Shown here piece after piece: positions 1-9,531 of a stretch of 64,000 nucleotides of DNA. The position numbers were made by a program, and so were the translations under genes. Location of the stretch: NCBI GenBank assembly GCA_037441705.1, contig JBBIRR010000024.1, positions 1-64,000 on the forward strand. The letters are read 5' to 3'. The notes under the pieces were generated by a model, which saw nothing but the letters and a program-made list of their open reading frames with translations, had not been told where the DNA came from and ran no database searches. Source of the DNA: Ignavibacteriales bacterium. Its GTDB lineage: Bacteria; Bacteroidota; Ignavibacteria; UBA10030; UBA6906. Numbering within the stretch: position 1 is the stretch's first letter; each line of letters begins with the position of its first letter.

Positions 1-2425
1 CGTTCGTCGGACCGCTCGGAATCTGCGTCGTGAACACGCCGCGTGCATGCGTACCGACGGCAAGCGTTCGGTCCGACTCTCGATAATCCAGATAGCCGAT
101 GAGAATGTTGCCGATCTCGTTTGCTGCGGCCTGAATCCAAACGGTGGAAGAACCGTTCAGTGCGTCGGTCATCAGCACGCCGATGCTGGTGGCAAGAAAC
201 ACATAGAACTGATTACCGACATAGAACATCGTCGCCCACCGAATCGAAGGCCCATCGGGTCCGGCAAGATTGCCTTCGACATCGGTCCAGGTCTGCCCGC
301 CGTTTGTGGTGTACCACAGATTCTGGAAGTTGTAATTGCCGAATGCCACAAGCGCTTTGTTGGAGTTGGTGGGATCGACAGCAACGCAGCGAACGAAGCC
401 GCCCTGCGCCGTTCCGCCGTTCAGATTCGGAGGTGTTACATCCGTTACGGTTGGTGTTGTAGCGTTTGCGCTGTCGACGCGCTTGACAATGCCGTCGGTC
501 GTCCCGAAATAAACGACGTTAGGTCGGTTCATCTTCGAAACACCAATACAACTCACTGCACGTGTCCACCCGGAGGGCTGGCCGACGTCCGTCATCGTCA
601 ACGCAGTCCAGCCAACCGTACTTGTGCCGTTGGGTGCGTTGCTATTGCGCCAGAGGCCGCTCCACATCGTGGGGGAACTGGACTTGCCGGCGCCGTAGTA
701 GAGGATAAGCGAATTGTTGGGATCGAGAGCGATAGGGTTGACAAACAACGCGCGTGTCGAGCCGGATGGCGTCATCGAGCCTGCACTCGTACCCGCGCGC
801 GTCACTTTGTACAGAGGCCCGTTCTGCGATTGTGTGTACATGCGGTTATCGGCGATGGGGGCCATCTCCACCACCGTTCCGTCGCCGCCTGTTACCATCG
901 TCCAATTCGACAAGCCCGCTTGATTCGTCCACTGCGAGCCGTTATCCTGCGCGCCGGCCACGATGGCGTTGTCGCCGCTATCGGGACCGATTGCCACCGA
1001 GTAAAATTGCGTGACGTTGTACCCGTTGTTGAGATTGTCCCATACCACAGTCGCGGCGCCGATGTTGTTGCAGCGCGAGATACCGCCGTCGTGTCCGGAG
1101 TAGTACACATTAGGATTGCCGGGCTTGAATGCGCCCGAATGCAAATCCGGGTGATGATTCTGTCCGGGCCAGTACGGGTAGCCGCCGATCGTTGTCGTGG
1201 CGGAGGAGGTCGCAAACCCGTTCGTCGAACGATACAAATTCGTTCCGCCGATCAACACAAAGTTCTCATCGTCCGGCTTGACGTGGACGAGTTGATCATA
1301 GCCGGTTTGCGTACTCAAGTCGCCCGGCAGATTGCCACCGCGATTTTCCCATGTCCCGCCGCTTGTCGAGTGTGTGTACTTCCACAGTTGATGGCCTGCC
1401 GTAGCCGGCGTGTTATTCGCCGATTCGATGAAGACGTACACAACGTTGGGATTGGATGGTGCGAGGCCGAACACGATGCGCCCCGTACTCGTCGGAAATG
1501 TCGCGGGCTTGATGTCGGTCCACGTCACGCCGTCCTCCGAGCGCCAGATGCGCGGCGAACCGCCCTGCTTGGTGTGTGCATACACCACGCCGGTTGAAGT
1601 GACAACCACGTCGGTCGAAAACCCTTGCGTGTTAACCAATCCCGAATCCGATGGCTGGACGAGCGCCCAGGACGTCCCGCCGTTTGTCGAACGATAAATG
1701 CCGTTCCATGTCGCAGCATACACTTCATCCTGAGCGAGATTGGCAGGATTGACGGCAACGTTCCAGACGTAATCGAACGTGTCTGTCTGTTGTGGTGTGC
1801 CGGAGGAGGTGGACGGCAGAAGTGCCCAGCTTTCACCGTTGTCGGTGGATTTGTAGATGCCGTCGCCGCGATAGAATGCACCCCAGCGCGTATTGTTGGT
1901 GGTCGAACCGCGAAACTCTCCCGTCCCGACGTACCAGATGTGTGTCTTTCCCGGACGAACATCCTGAGCAATGCAGCTCGTGGTGTGAATCTGATTCGGA
2001 TTCAATGTGAGGCGCCACGAAGCCCCGTCGTTCGTCGTCTTCCAGATGCCGCCGGCAACGGCACCTGCGATAAGCGTTCCGACGTTGGCAACGTCGGCAG
2101 CAAGCACTCGCGATCGCCCACCGACGTTGTTTGGCCCACGTTCAACCCACGTCAACTCTTGCACAGCCAATCCTTTTTGCAACGCCGCCTGCTCGAGCGT
2201 GGGGAGTCGTTTTGCCAACCGAAGCTCGCGCCGATAGATGTCTTGCGGAATTGCGTTCGCAACAGGGTCGCGCTGAATCAGAAACTCCATCTCATCGCGC
2301 GCACGGGGGTTGTCGGGCGAACCCGCAGAAAGTAGAGCGCCCTCATGGTGAGGAACGGATGATCCGACAACCATCAATACAATGAAGAGAAGGACTCCAA
2401 TGGAAATGATGGGGCAAGACTTCAT
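1..2425 (-). CDS. Secreted BNR/Asp-box (VPS10-like) beta-propeller protein, 3' end runs off the window
   Basis: Translated by hand: ATG at 2425 with GGAGG upstream; MKSCPIISIGVLLFIVL signal peptide; WVERGPNNVGGRSR; repeated S/T-x-D-x-G-x-S/T-W boxes. Not in the ORF track because its stop lies outside the window. Confidence 0.85.
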   Translation of the reverse strand, partial: MKSCPIISIGVLLFIVLMVVGSSVPHHEGALLSAGSPDNPRARDEMEFLIQRDPVANAIPQDIYRRELRLAKRLPTLEQAALQKGLAVQELTWVERGPNNVGGRSRVLAADVANVGTLIAGAVAGGIWKTTNDGASWRLTLNPNQIHTTSCIAQDVRPGKTHIWYVGTGEFRGSTTNNTRWGAFYRGDGIYKSTDNGESWALLPSTSSGTPQQTDTFDYVWNVAVNPANLAQDEVYAATWNGIYRSTNGGTSWALVQPSDSGLVNTQGFSTDVVVTSTGVVYAHTKQGGSPRIWRSEDGVTWTDIKPATFPTSTGRIVFGLAPSNPNVVYVFIESANNTPATAGHQLWKYTHSTSGGTWENRGGNLPGDLSTQTGYDQLVHVKPDDENFVLIGGTNLYRSTNGFATSSATTTIGGYPYWPGQNHHPDLHSGAFKPGNPNVYYSGHDGGISRCNNIGAATVVWDNLNNGYNVTQFYSVAIGPDSGDNAIVAGAQDNGSQWTNQAGLSNWTMVTGGDGTVVEMAPIADNRMYTQSQNGPLYKVTRAGTSAGSMTPSGSTRALFVNPIALDPNNSLILYYGAGKSSSPTMWSGLWRNSNAPNGTSTVGWTALTMTDVGQPSGWTRAVSCIGVSKMNRPNVVYFGTTDGIVKRVDSANATTPTVTDVTPPNLNGGTAQGGFVRCVAVDPTNSNKALVAFGNYNFQNLWYTTNGGQTWTDVEGNLAGPDGPSIRWATMFYVGNQFYVFLATSIGVLMTDALNGSSTVWIQAAANEIGNILIGYLDYRESDRTLAVGTHARGVFTTQIPSGPTN

Positions 2426-2471
2426 GGATGCCTCCTTGGATAAGTGACACAGAAAGTATGAGTCAGACACG

Positions 2472-2981
2472 CTACCAGCGCGGGCGGGCAGCGCCGCCCG
2501 GAAACTCGTACAACTTCAAATCCTTTGCCGTCATCATCTTCGTCAGGAGAAGAATCTGTCCCGTGTGCATCGAAAAATGTTCGACGACATGATAGAGAGC
2601 GTACATGACCGTCACCTCGTTCCCCTGGATGGTACGCTGTTCGCCGAGCGCTGCAGGTTCGAGCGACCGAAGAACTGTGACAGCCCGCTGGACCGTCTGC
2701 GCGAGGCGATCGAGCAGTTCTGCCTTCGGTAGCGGAGTGCGTTCGGAGAATTCACGGTCGCGATCTCGCTTCACGTTCTGTTTGCCGATGCCTCCGACGA
2801 TCCACTGCATCACGTTGCCGCTGAGATGCAGCATCAAGTTTCCAATGCTGTTGGAAGCTTCGTTCGGACGCCACCATACCTGTTCGTCGGAAAGGTGTTC
2901 GAGGGCGATGCGAATGCGCGGCAGAAACTCGTCCTGAAGAAACGCAGCAGAATGTGTGATGAACAAGCGATTCGAGTCCAT
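2472..2981 (-). CDS. DinB/DUF1572-family protein
   Basis: SNSIGNLMLHLSGN and HVVEHFSMHTGQI motifs of the DinB/YfiT fold. Confidence 0.8.
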   Translation of the reverse strand: MDSNRLFITHSAAFLQDEFLPRIRIALEHLSDEQVWWRPNEASNSIGNLMLHLSGNVMQWIVGGIGKQNVKRDRDREFSERTPLPKAELLDRLAQTVQRAVTVLRSLEPAALGEQRTIQGNEVTVMYALYHVVEHFSMHTGQILLLTKMMTAKDLKLYEFPGGAARPRW

Positions 2982-2992
2982 GATTCGGAACG

Positions 2993-3556
2993 TTACTTCT
3001 TGAAACGCACGATATACGATTTGATGTCGGGATCGTTCAAGCCGACCTCATACTCGCCGATGCCGACGCCGTTGAGCGTGCTGTGCGCGCCGAACACGAC
3101 GGCACAACGCAATCCATTCCTCTCGATCACATCAATAATGATGGATGCGTGACCCCGCCAGCGACCGTTGTAACGCTTCCAGAACTGAACGAAATCGCCG
3201 GGGAGCGCATCCTCCGGCCGAATGACCTCCCCTTTCTGCATTTCAACGAGCGCAGTCTGAATCCCCCGAATCCGCTTGTCGTCCCGATTCACCAAGCGTT
3301 CGAGGTGGCGGCGTCGAACGTTGCTGATCATGATCGCCGAGCGTTCCTCAGGATCCAACTCACGACCAAGCAAATTCTCCACAACGGCAACCATGAACTG
3401 CACGCAGTTCACTTGTTTGCGATGGGTCCGATGACCGTAGCGCCAATCGCGATACTGCGTTTCAGCCAGCCGCACACCGACCAGCAGCGGATGCTCGCTG
3501 CTCAGCGCCTCGAGAGGAAGCAAACAAAGAGCAAGGACACCGACACGGAACGACAT
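2993..3556 (-). CDS. Secreted NlpC/P60-like Cys-His hydrolase (putative)
   Basis: Signal peptide from MSFRVGVL; NCVQF, LPGDFVQF and GHASII follow the NlpC/P60 motif order. Confidence 0.5.
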   Translation of the reverse strand: MSFRVGVLALCLLPLEALSSEHPLLVGVRLAETQYRDWRYGHRTHRKQVNCVQFMVAVVENLLGRELDPEERSAIMISNVRRRHLERLVNRDDKRIRGIQTALVEMQKGEVIRPEDALPGDFVQFWKRYNGRWRGHASIIIDVIERNGLRCAVVFGAHSTLNGVGIGEYEVGLNDPDIKSYIVRFKK

Positions 3557-3996
3557 CGTAACAACGCCCCCCCGATTGAAATGATTCTCGTTGCTGTGCG
3601 TTCGTGATTGCCCGCCTCTCCCCTTCATACAACCGCTCTGCCCAGGGGTACCACCGGTTGCGTGAAATATGGTACGGAGAAGAAGTGGGATGTGCAACTT
3701 TCATGATGAAAACACAACAATTTGGGATATGGCTATCCTCGTTAGCTTGTCTCGTCGGCTCTTTGGAAGAAGGCTGAAAGCCACGAACAGAAACGGCCGC
3801 GCTGCTCCATCTCACCCACTTTCACACTTGGGCCGATCTCATTGGCTTTCGGGCACCAACTACAAGACCCTCCTCGACAAGAGAAGACGCGCTCTCATGC
3901 TATACTCTTCGGGTAGGACAGCACTCATTTTTCTGCCGAGTCGCAAGCGGCGATCAAGCTCACGAGAACTGGTCCTCATGAACTGACCAATCTTGC

Positions 3997-5022
3997 ATGT
4001 CGTTCGACTCCGAACAACTGCGAACGCTCATACATCAGGCCGCGTGTGGAACGATCAACCGGCAGCATCTGAGCAAACTCGTGCAGATCGCCCGTGTCAT
4101 GTGCGAGGCGCATCTGCGCTACGTACGCCCTTCGGCATTGCGATTCGGTGCAAACCAAGGCTTAACGCCTACCGAGCTTGCGTATGATTGCCTGGGCACT
4201 GTGTTTGCGCGTGACGCAACAGGTTGCTTCCACTTCATGCAGAGCCTGGTTGCAGCGTTACATGCGCCGCTCGACGAGATTCCGGGTGATGAGTTAGTCG
4301 CGGCATTGAGGGCGTCCATTGCAAGCATAACCGATAGACACCTTGCACAGCTCTACGCCTTCAACGATCCGTCGGGTACAAAGATCAAGCGCAACATCCG
4401 CAACGCGCTGAAGAACAAGAACTCATGCATGTCGCTCTCCCGTGACTTCCGCGGGACCATCCTGCAGCCCACCCACGGCGATCCTTTGGATGAATATGAT
4501 CCCTTCCCAGTCGAGGATCTCCAAGCGCCTTTTCCTTGAGCGGCACGATACTTCCATACCGTCCCCGAACTCCTGGAGATCGTCCATGCAATCGTCACGG
4601 AGCAAAACACCTATCGCCGCTCGTTGGTCCTCACCGATCTTGTGAGTCTCTTCAAGCTCGTGTACGTCGAACGGGAGGAAGCCTCCGATCATAATATAAC
4701 ACCGACTTTCGAAGGTCTCTCCGATGTGGAAGTGGCTCGCATACTACTTCAGGTACAGCGAAGCCTTCAAGAAAAAATTCTCGTTACGTATCTCGCAAAA
4801 GGAAAAGTCAGCCGGAGAGAGGCGGAAGGGATGTTTCTCGCGCTCTGCGACATGATGAAAGACTGGACCTCAGACGGACGCACTACCAGCCTTTTCTGGT
4901 ACGCGCACCAACATCTTGGTGTGAGCGAAGAAGAGTATCACAATACCTTACGGACGAAGATGGAGTATCTCTTGCGAGAAGTAAGAAGCGAACTTGCGGC
5001 ACGTTTGAGGGCGGAGCTATGA
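3997..5022 (+). pseudogene. ~340-codon sigma-factor-like/regulatory protein interrupted by one in-frame TGA (4537-4539)
   Basis: ORFs 3997-4539 and 4624-5022 share a frame with only one stop between them; the gene lies directly upstream of a zf-HC2 anti-sigma gene. Confidence 0.5.
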
Positions 5023-5075
5023 GAATTCTGCAACGTCCATGCGATGCCGCAATAATTGGTATAGACATTCTTAAC

Positions 5076-6585
5076 ATGCGATAGACAACTCATCGGTTTC
5101 CATCCCAGCGAACGACAACTCGAGGCACTGCTCCTTCACCCCGAACGTCTTACCGGCGAGACCCGGGACGCAATGCGTCAGCACATCAGCAAATGCGCCC
5201 TGTGCCGGGACCACTGGGAAACACTCAGTCTGGTGTATAAGAACATTGACGAGGAAGTGAAGAGTGAACCCACACAGCGCGACCGCGAGTTTGCGGGACG
5301 TCTGCTTGCGGAAGAGGAACGCCTCGCCCTGCCGGAACGAGGAGTGGTCCGCCACGAGGAAACGGGCTTACGCGATATGCTGGAGACGTATGCGCAAGCA
5401 CTTGAGCTGCGCCGCCCCTCGGCAGTGCAGCGGTTCATCCATTGGGTGAAGATTCATCCAGTACGCTTCGCAACCGCAAGTGCTTTCAGCCTCGCCACAC
5501 TCGCACTGCTGACGATAACCGTGACGAGGACATCCAGGGATCCAAACCCATTGTACGCCGAAGTGAAGAACGCAGTCCTTCGCGTGTATAACAAAGAAGG
5601 AGAAGTTCTCTGGTCGAAGCCTGCACTGAAGATCCCCAACGGAAGCACACGATTCGGATTTGAACATTCCTACTACGGCCCAAAGTTTGCGACGGTAGAT
5701 GACATTGACGGGAATGGCAGCAATGTCCTGTTGATTACGGGACTTTCGCCAACGGGCCAGCACGGCCTTGATTCCCTCTATTGCTTTGAGGGTGATGGGA
5801 CATTGCGATGGAGGATCGGAGCAGGCAAGTTTGCCACGTTCGGCAAGAAAGGGGTGGGTTTGTTCGGTGAGCCTGCCTTTGTTTCTCATCTTGTCCTAAA
5901 AGAAAGGGGTACGCCCGTTCGCCTTGTTGCTCTGGTTGGCAGCGCCGGATTCTCCCCTGTAAAACTCATTGAACTCGACACTCGAACAGGGCGCGAACTG
6001 CGCGCCTACCATCATCGCGGTGGGCTTAGTGTTCTTCTTGCTATGGATGTTGATAGGGATGGAAAACAGGAATTGATCGTCGCGGGGGTCAATGACGGAT
6101 TCAACCGTGCATGCATCTCTGCACTCGACCCGGATAGAATTGCCGGTCACGCTCCGGTTCCAGACGAGCTGATTCCCTTGGAGGAGATTCCTGAGGCGGC
6201 TGAGAAGTACTACGTTCTTTTGCCGGTTTCCGATTTGGGAAAGACAAGAGGACGTACTCCGTACAGTGTGATAAACCAAGGATCAGTCTCTGGCATCAAC
6301 ACGCTCGTTGTGCACGCTCAAGAACACACTGAGAGAGATTCGACTCCCGAAGTTGTACCGAGTGTGGTGTACATCTTGGGGGACTCGATGCGCATTCTTA
6401 ACGTTACGGGAAGTGATCCATTCTATGCTATCTACAGGAGGCACTTTCCCGATAAACCGGACATCAAGCTTGATCTCGCCTACCGGGACGCCCTCAAGGA
6501 CTCCGTCCTTTACTGGAACGGCGACACGTTCGTCCACACGCCGACGATGAACAAGAGATACGTTGCCGCAAAGATGCTGCCGTAA
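5076..6585 (+). CDS. zf-HC2 anti-sigma-like membrane protein with periplasmic beta-propeller (FG-GAP/PQQ-like)
   Basis: HPSERQLEALL...HISKCALC, one TM helix, DIDGNG/DVDRDGKQE repeats. The ATG at 5076 is one base out of frame; the first in-frame ATG is 5173. Confidence 0.65.
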
Positions 6586-6873
6586 GCAACAGTGTCCTGG
6601 TCTCCGTCTCCCATCGCTCGCATTTGTCTTTTGTCTGTGAATACTATCCCTGATTGGCTATATTTGAGACGAACAATCAACCAACGAACGTGGGCGAACG
6701 ATATCCGAACGGATTTGATTATGGCAAACCCGCCGACTACTGCACCACAACCGACGGCTGGCATCACAACGCACTTTCTTAGCCAGAGCGCTCCGCGAGA
6801 TGCTGCATTTAGCGGGTGATGCGACGGTCTGGGAAACCATCACGCCCTGACCTTGACCCGCGAACCGCGTACC

Positions 6874-7083
6874 TCACGTTCCCGCTTTTCCTGATTCCGA
6901 CCCATAACTCTTGCGCAAAAGGGTAGCGTATGCCAGGATGTCGATCCCCGCTTTCTTTGCCTCAAGCGAGAGGATCTTTCTCGCAATGTGTACCTGCTGC
7001 AACGCCGGGTCGTGCGGAAACTCCCGCTCAATAGACTCGCGTATCGTCTTCAGTTCATCTTCGGTAAGAGTTTGCCTCTGCAT
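6874..7083 (-). CDS. Small protein, probable partner/antitoxin of the upstream PIN gene
   Basis: 69 aa, AAGGAG RBS, immediately after the PIN stop. Confidence 0.55.
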   Translation of the reverse strand: MQRQTLTEDELKTIRESIEREFPHDPALQQVHIARKILSLEAKKAGIDILAYATLLRKSYGSESGKAGT

Positions 7084-7095
7084 TGCATCTCCTTA

Positions 7096-7551
7096 TCAAA
7101 GTAATTCGGGCGGTGAGAGGATCTCGACGTAACGATAGCCTCTTCTGGACGAGAGCAATCGAACAGCATCTTTTGTTCTTCGTCGAACGATATGCTTGAA
7201 GTTCCCACTGAGCAGGAAGTCCATGCCGTGAGCGATTGCAAAAGCTATGTGGAGTCCGTCCTCCTCATATGCTTCCGGGATAGCTCCATCTGCCACCAGA
7301 CTGAGAGCAATTTGCCGCACTTCATCGGATCCTTCAATCACATCAAACCCAGCAACAGAAGCTAACATTGCTTGTCTGAGCGCCTCCGCCGGTGTGGCGT
7401 TGATTTCGGCAAGAGTAAGCTCAGAAACGTAAACGGAAAACTCATTTGCTCGATGGAAGAACTCCTCCGTAAGAGACTGTCTCTCCGGATTTTGGGAATC
7501 ATGAAGGGCCGAGACGACCGATGTATCAAGATAGACTTTGTATTTCGGCAT
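7096..7551 (-). CDS. PIN-domain (VapC-like) nuclease
   Basis: MPKYKVYLDTSV...DGLHIAFA...LSGNFKHIV. Confidence 0.85.
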   Translation of the reverse strand: MPKYKVYLDTSVVSALHDSQNPERQSLTEEFFHRANEFSVYVSELTLAEINATPAEALRQAMLASVAGFDVIEGSDEVRQIALSLVADGAIPEAYEEDGLHIAFAIAHGMDFLLSGNFKHIVRRRTKDAVRLLSSRRGYRYVEILSPPELL

Positions 7552-7811
7552 GGCGTTATGGCTCTCTACAGGTGAAATGTACACTTTTTGGTCGAATGAA
7601 AGCAATGCACTGACCTGCGACTTGACGCTGAGTGTTTTCCCCCCCAACCGTCTACATCCAACCCCAACCCCCGAATTATCCAACAACCTTAGCCCAAGAT
7701 TTTTTTTGAGATTTTTTCTGTGGAGGTGTTGGAGTGTTGGAATGAATGGGTCAAGGAATCTGCTCGGTATCCGAGACTCCTTCCAACAACTTTTCAAACG
7801 GAGATTTGGTT

Positions 7812-8003
7812 ATGAAAACTCTGCTTCTTTCCGCGTTTGCAACTGCCTTGGTCATGGCACTCTATGGCTGCGGCGTCACGCAGATGGCCGGTGACCTCGC
7901 CCGTTCGGGTCAGAAAGATGTTGAAGTATCATGTTTCTTCGCGGACAATGGTTCACGTATTCCGGCAAGCGTCATTTGCTCGACAAATAGTGAAAGGATC
8001 TAA
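7812..8003 (+). CDS. Small lipoprotein, possibly truncated
   Basis: MKTLLLSAFATALVMALYGC lipobox, GGAG upstream. Confidence 0.45.
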   Translation: MKTLLLSAFATALVMALYGCGVTQMAGDLARSGQKDVEVSCFFADNGSRIPASVICSTNSERI

Positions 8004-8004
8004 C

Positions 8005-9258
8005 ATGCGAGGAATTATTGCGTTATTGGCTTTCGCGGTGCTTTCTCCGGCCAGATCTCAAACCGACATATGGCAAGATATGACGCCATCAGTTCCCGGT
8101 CACATCGCGGTTAACAAGAACACGGGACATGTTTTCGTTGGATACCAAGGACGTTACACGTTGTTCACCGAAAGTCCCGGGGCTGGAGTTTTCCGATCAA
8201 CCGACAACGGTGCGAATTGGCAAGTTGTGAATTCAGGTCTTACCAGTACGAACATTGTGGGACTGCATTGCACTTCAAATGGAATTCTGATCGCCGGTAC
8301 TCATCTGGACCGAGTCTTTCGTTCAAGCGACAACGGCTCGACTTGGACGCAGGTCCCGGTGACTGCTCGACTCAGTTGGTTCGCCAGCAAAGGGGACACA
8401 ATATTCGGATCGGATGGTTATTGGTGCCGTGGGGTTTTCCGTTCGACGAATGGCGGGGTGACATGGATGCAAGTGAATTCTGGGCTCGATCCATGTGTGA
8501 ATGGACTGACGATAAGTGCTGCAGGAAATGTCTTTGCCGCAACAGGGACAAGCGGTGTCTATCGCTCGACGAATTGGGGAGCCAATTGGATTCCGACAAA
8601 TTCGGGGATTACCAGTTCAAATTGCAGCCCCATCACTGCAACAGCGAGTGGTCACGTTCTCGTGGGTACAGTCACTGATGGAGTTTTCCATTCTAGCAAT
8701 GAAGGAAATTCATGGACGGCTGTGAACTCCGGCCTGCCAAGCCTCAATGCCATTCGCTTGGCTGCCAACTCGGCTGGCCATATCTTTGCAGGGATCCATC
8801 CCGCCGGGCTTTTCCGATCGACAAACAATGGGTCGTCGTGGTCTGCCTTTAATCTGGGCATTATCGACTCAGTCCGCGACGTGGGAAGCATCGAGTTCGC
8901 TCCCGCTGGTTACGCATGGATCCAAACGACGGGTAGGATTTATCGAAGCATCGACCCTATACTCTCTGTTAGACTACAGTCTCCTGAACCACCAACTTCC
9001 TTCTGGTTAGGACAAAACTATCCGAACCCGTTCAATCCGAACACAACCGTAGAGTTTGGGTTGCCGTCAGAATCAGCTGTCTCAATCAAGGTTTTCAATG
9101 TCCTTGGGCAGGAAGTGGCAACAATCTTAGAGGACCATCTTCCCGCAGGTACCTACAAGGTAGCGTGGAATGCACAGCCTTTCGCAAGCGGTACGTATTT
9201 CTATCGGTTGGTGGCCGGCTCGCATTCGGAAGTGAAAAAACTGATGCTGCAGAAGTGA
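8005..9258 (+). CDS. BNR-repeat protein with T9SS type A C-terminal domain
   Basis: Signal peptide, repeated RSTDNGANW-type boxes, QNYPNPFNP...KKLMLQK. Confidence 0.9.
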   Translation: MRGIIALLAFAVLSPARSQTDIWQDMTPSVPGHIAVNKNTGHVFVGYQGRYTLFTESPGAGVFRSTDNGANWQVVNSGLTSTNIVGLHCTSNGILIAGTHLDRVFRSSDNGSTWTQVPVTARLSWFASKGDTIFGSDGYWCRGVFRSTNGGVTWMQVNSGLDPCVNGLTISAAGNVFAATGTSGVYRSTNWGANWIPTNSGITSSNCSPITATASGHVLVGTVTDGVFHSSNEGNSWTAVNSGLPSLNAIRLAANSAGHIFAGIHPAGLFRSTNNGSSWSAFNLGIIDSVRDVGSIEFAPAGYAWIQTTGRIYRSIDPILSVRLQSPEPPTSFWLGQNYPNPFNPNTTVEFGLPSESAVSIKVFNVLGQEVATILEDHLPAGTYKVAWNAQPFASGTYFYRLVAGSHSEVKKLMLQK

Positions 9259-9266
9259 TTCAGGCG

Positions 9267-9494
9267 ATGGTATCCTCGACAGCAATTGAGTTTTCGCTAC
9301 CGAGATCTAGACGCGCAACACTCAAAGTGTTTGACCTGCTCGGCAGAGAAGTCACGACACTGGTGGATGAGCAATTGGCGGCCGGAAGCTACAAGCGCGC
9401 ATGGAACGCGGCAGGGTTTCCCAGCGGCGTGTATCTGTACCGCCTCCAAGCCGGCGAGTTCGTTGCCACCAAAAAACTTCTTCTGTTACGCTGA
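9267..9494 (+). pseudogene. Orphan T9SS C-terminal domain fragment
   Basis: STAIEFSLP...KVFDLLGREV...SGVYLYRL...KKLLLLR, with no YPNPFN start, passenger or signal peptide. Confidence 0.7.
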
Positions 9495-9531
9495 GGCATT
9501 CTACGCCACACATCATCAGAAGGTGACCCCC

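Noticed and set aside
47-2335. Long plus-strand ORFs (516 and 236 aa)
   Set aside because: Antisense shadows of the real minus-strand BNR gene.
3773-3852. 10-bp long-range inverted repeat (CTGAAAGCCA/TGGCTTTCGG) upstream of the sigma-like gene
   Set aside because: No riboswitch consensus or terminator was recognised; it may be chance.
7640-7790. CCAAC/GTTGG-rich low-complexity tract
   Set aside because: Possibly a degenerate REP-like remnant, but too irregular to define.
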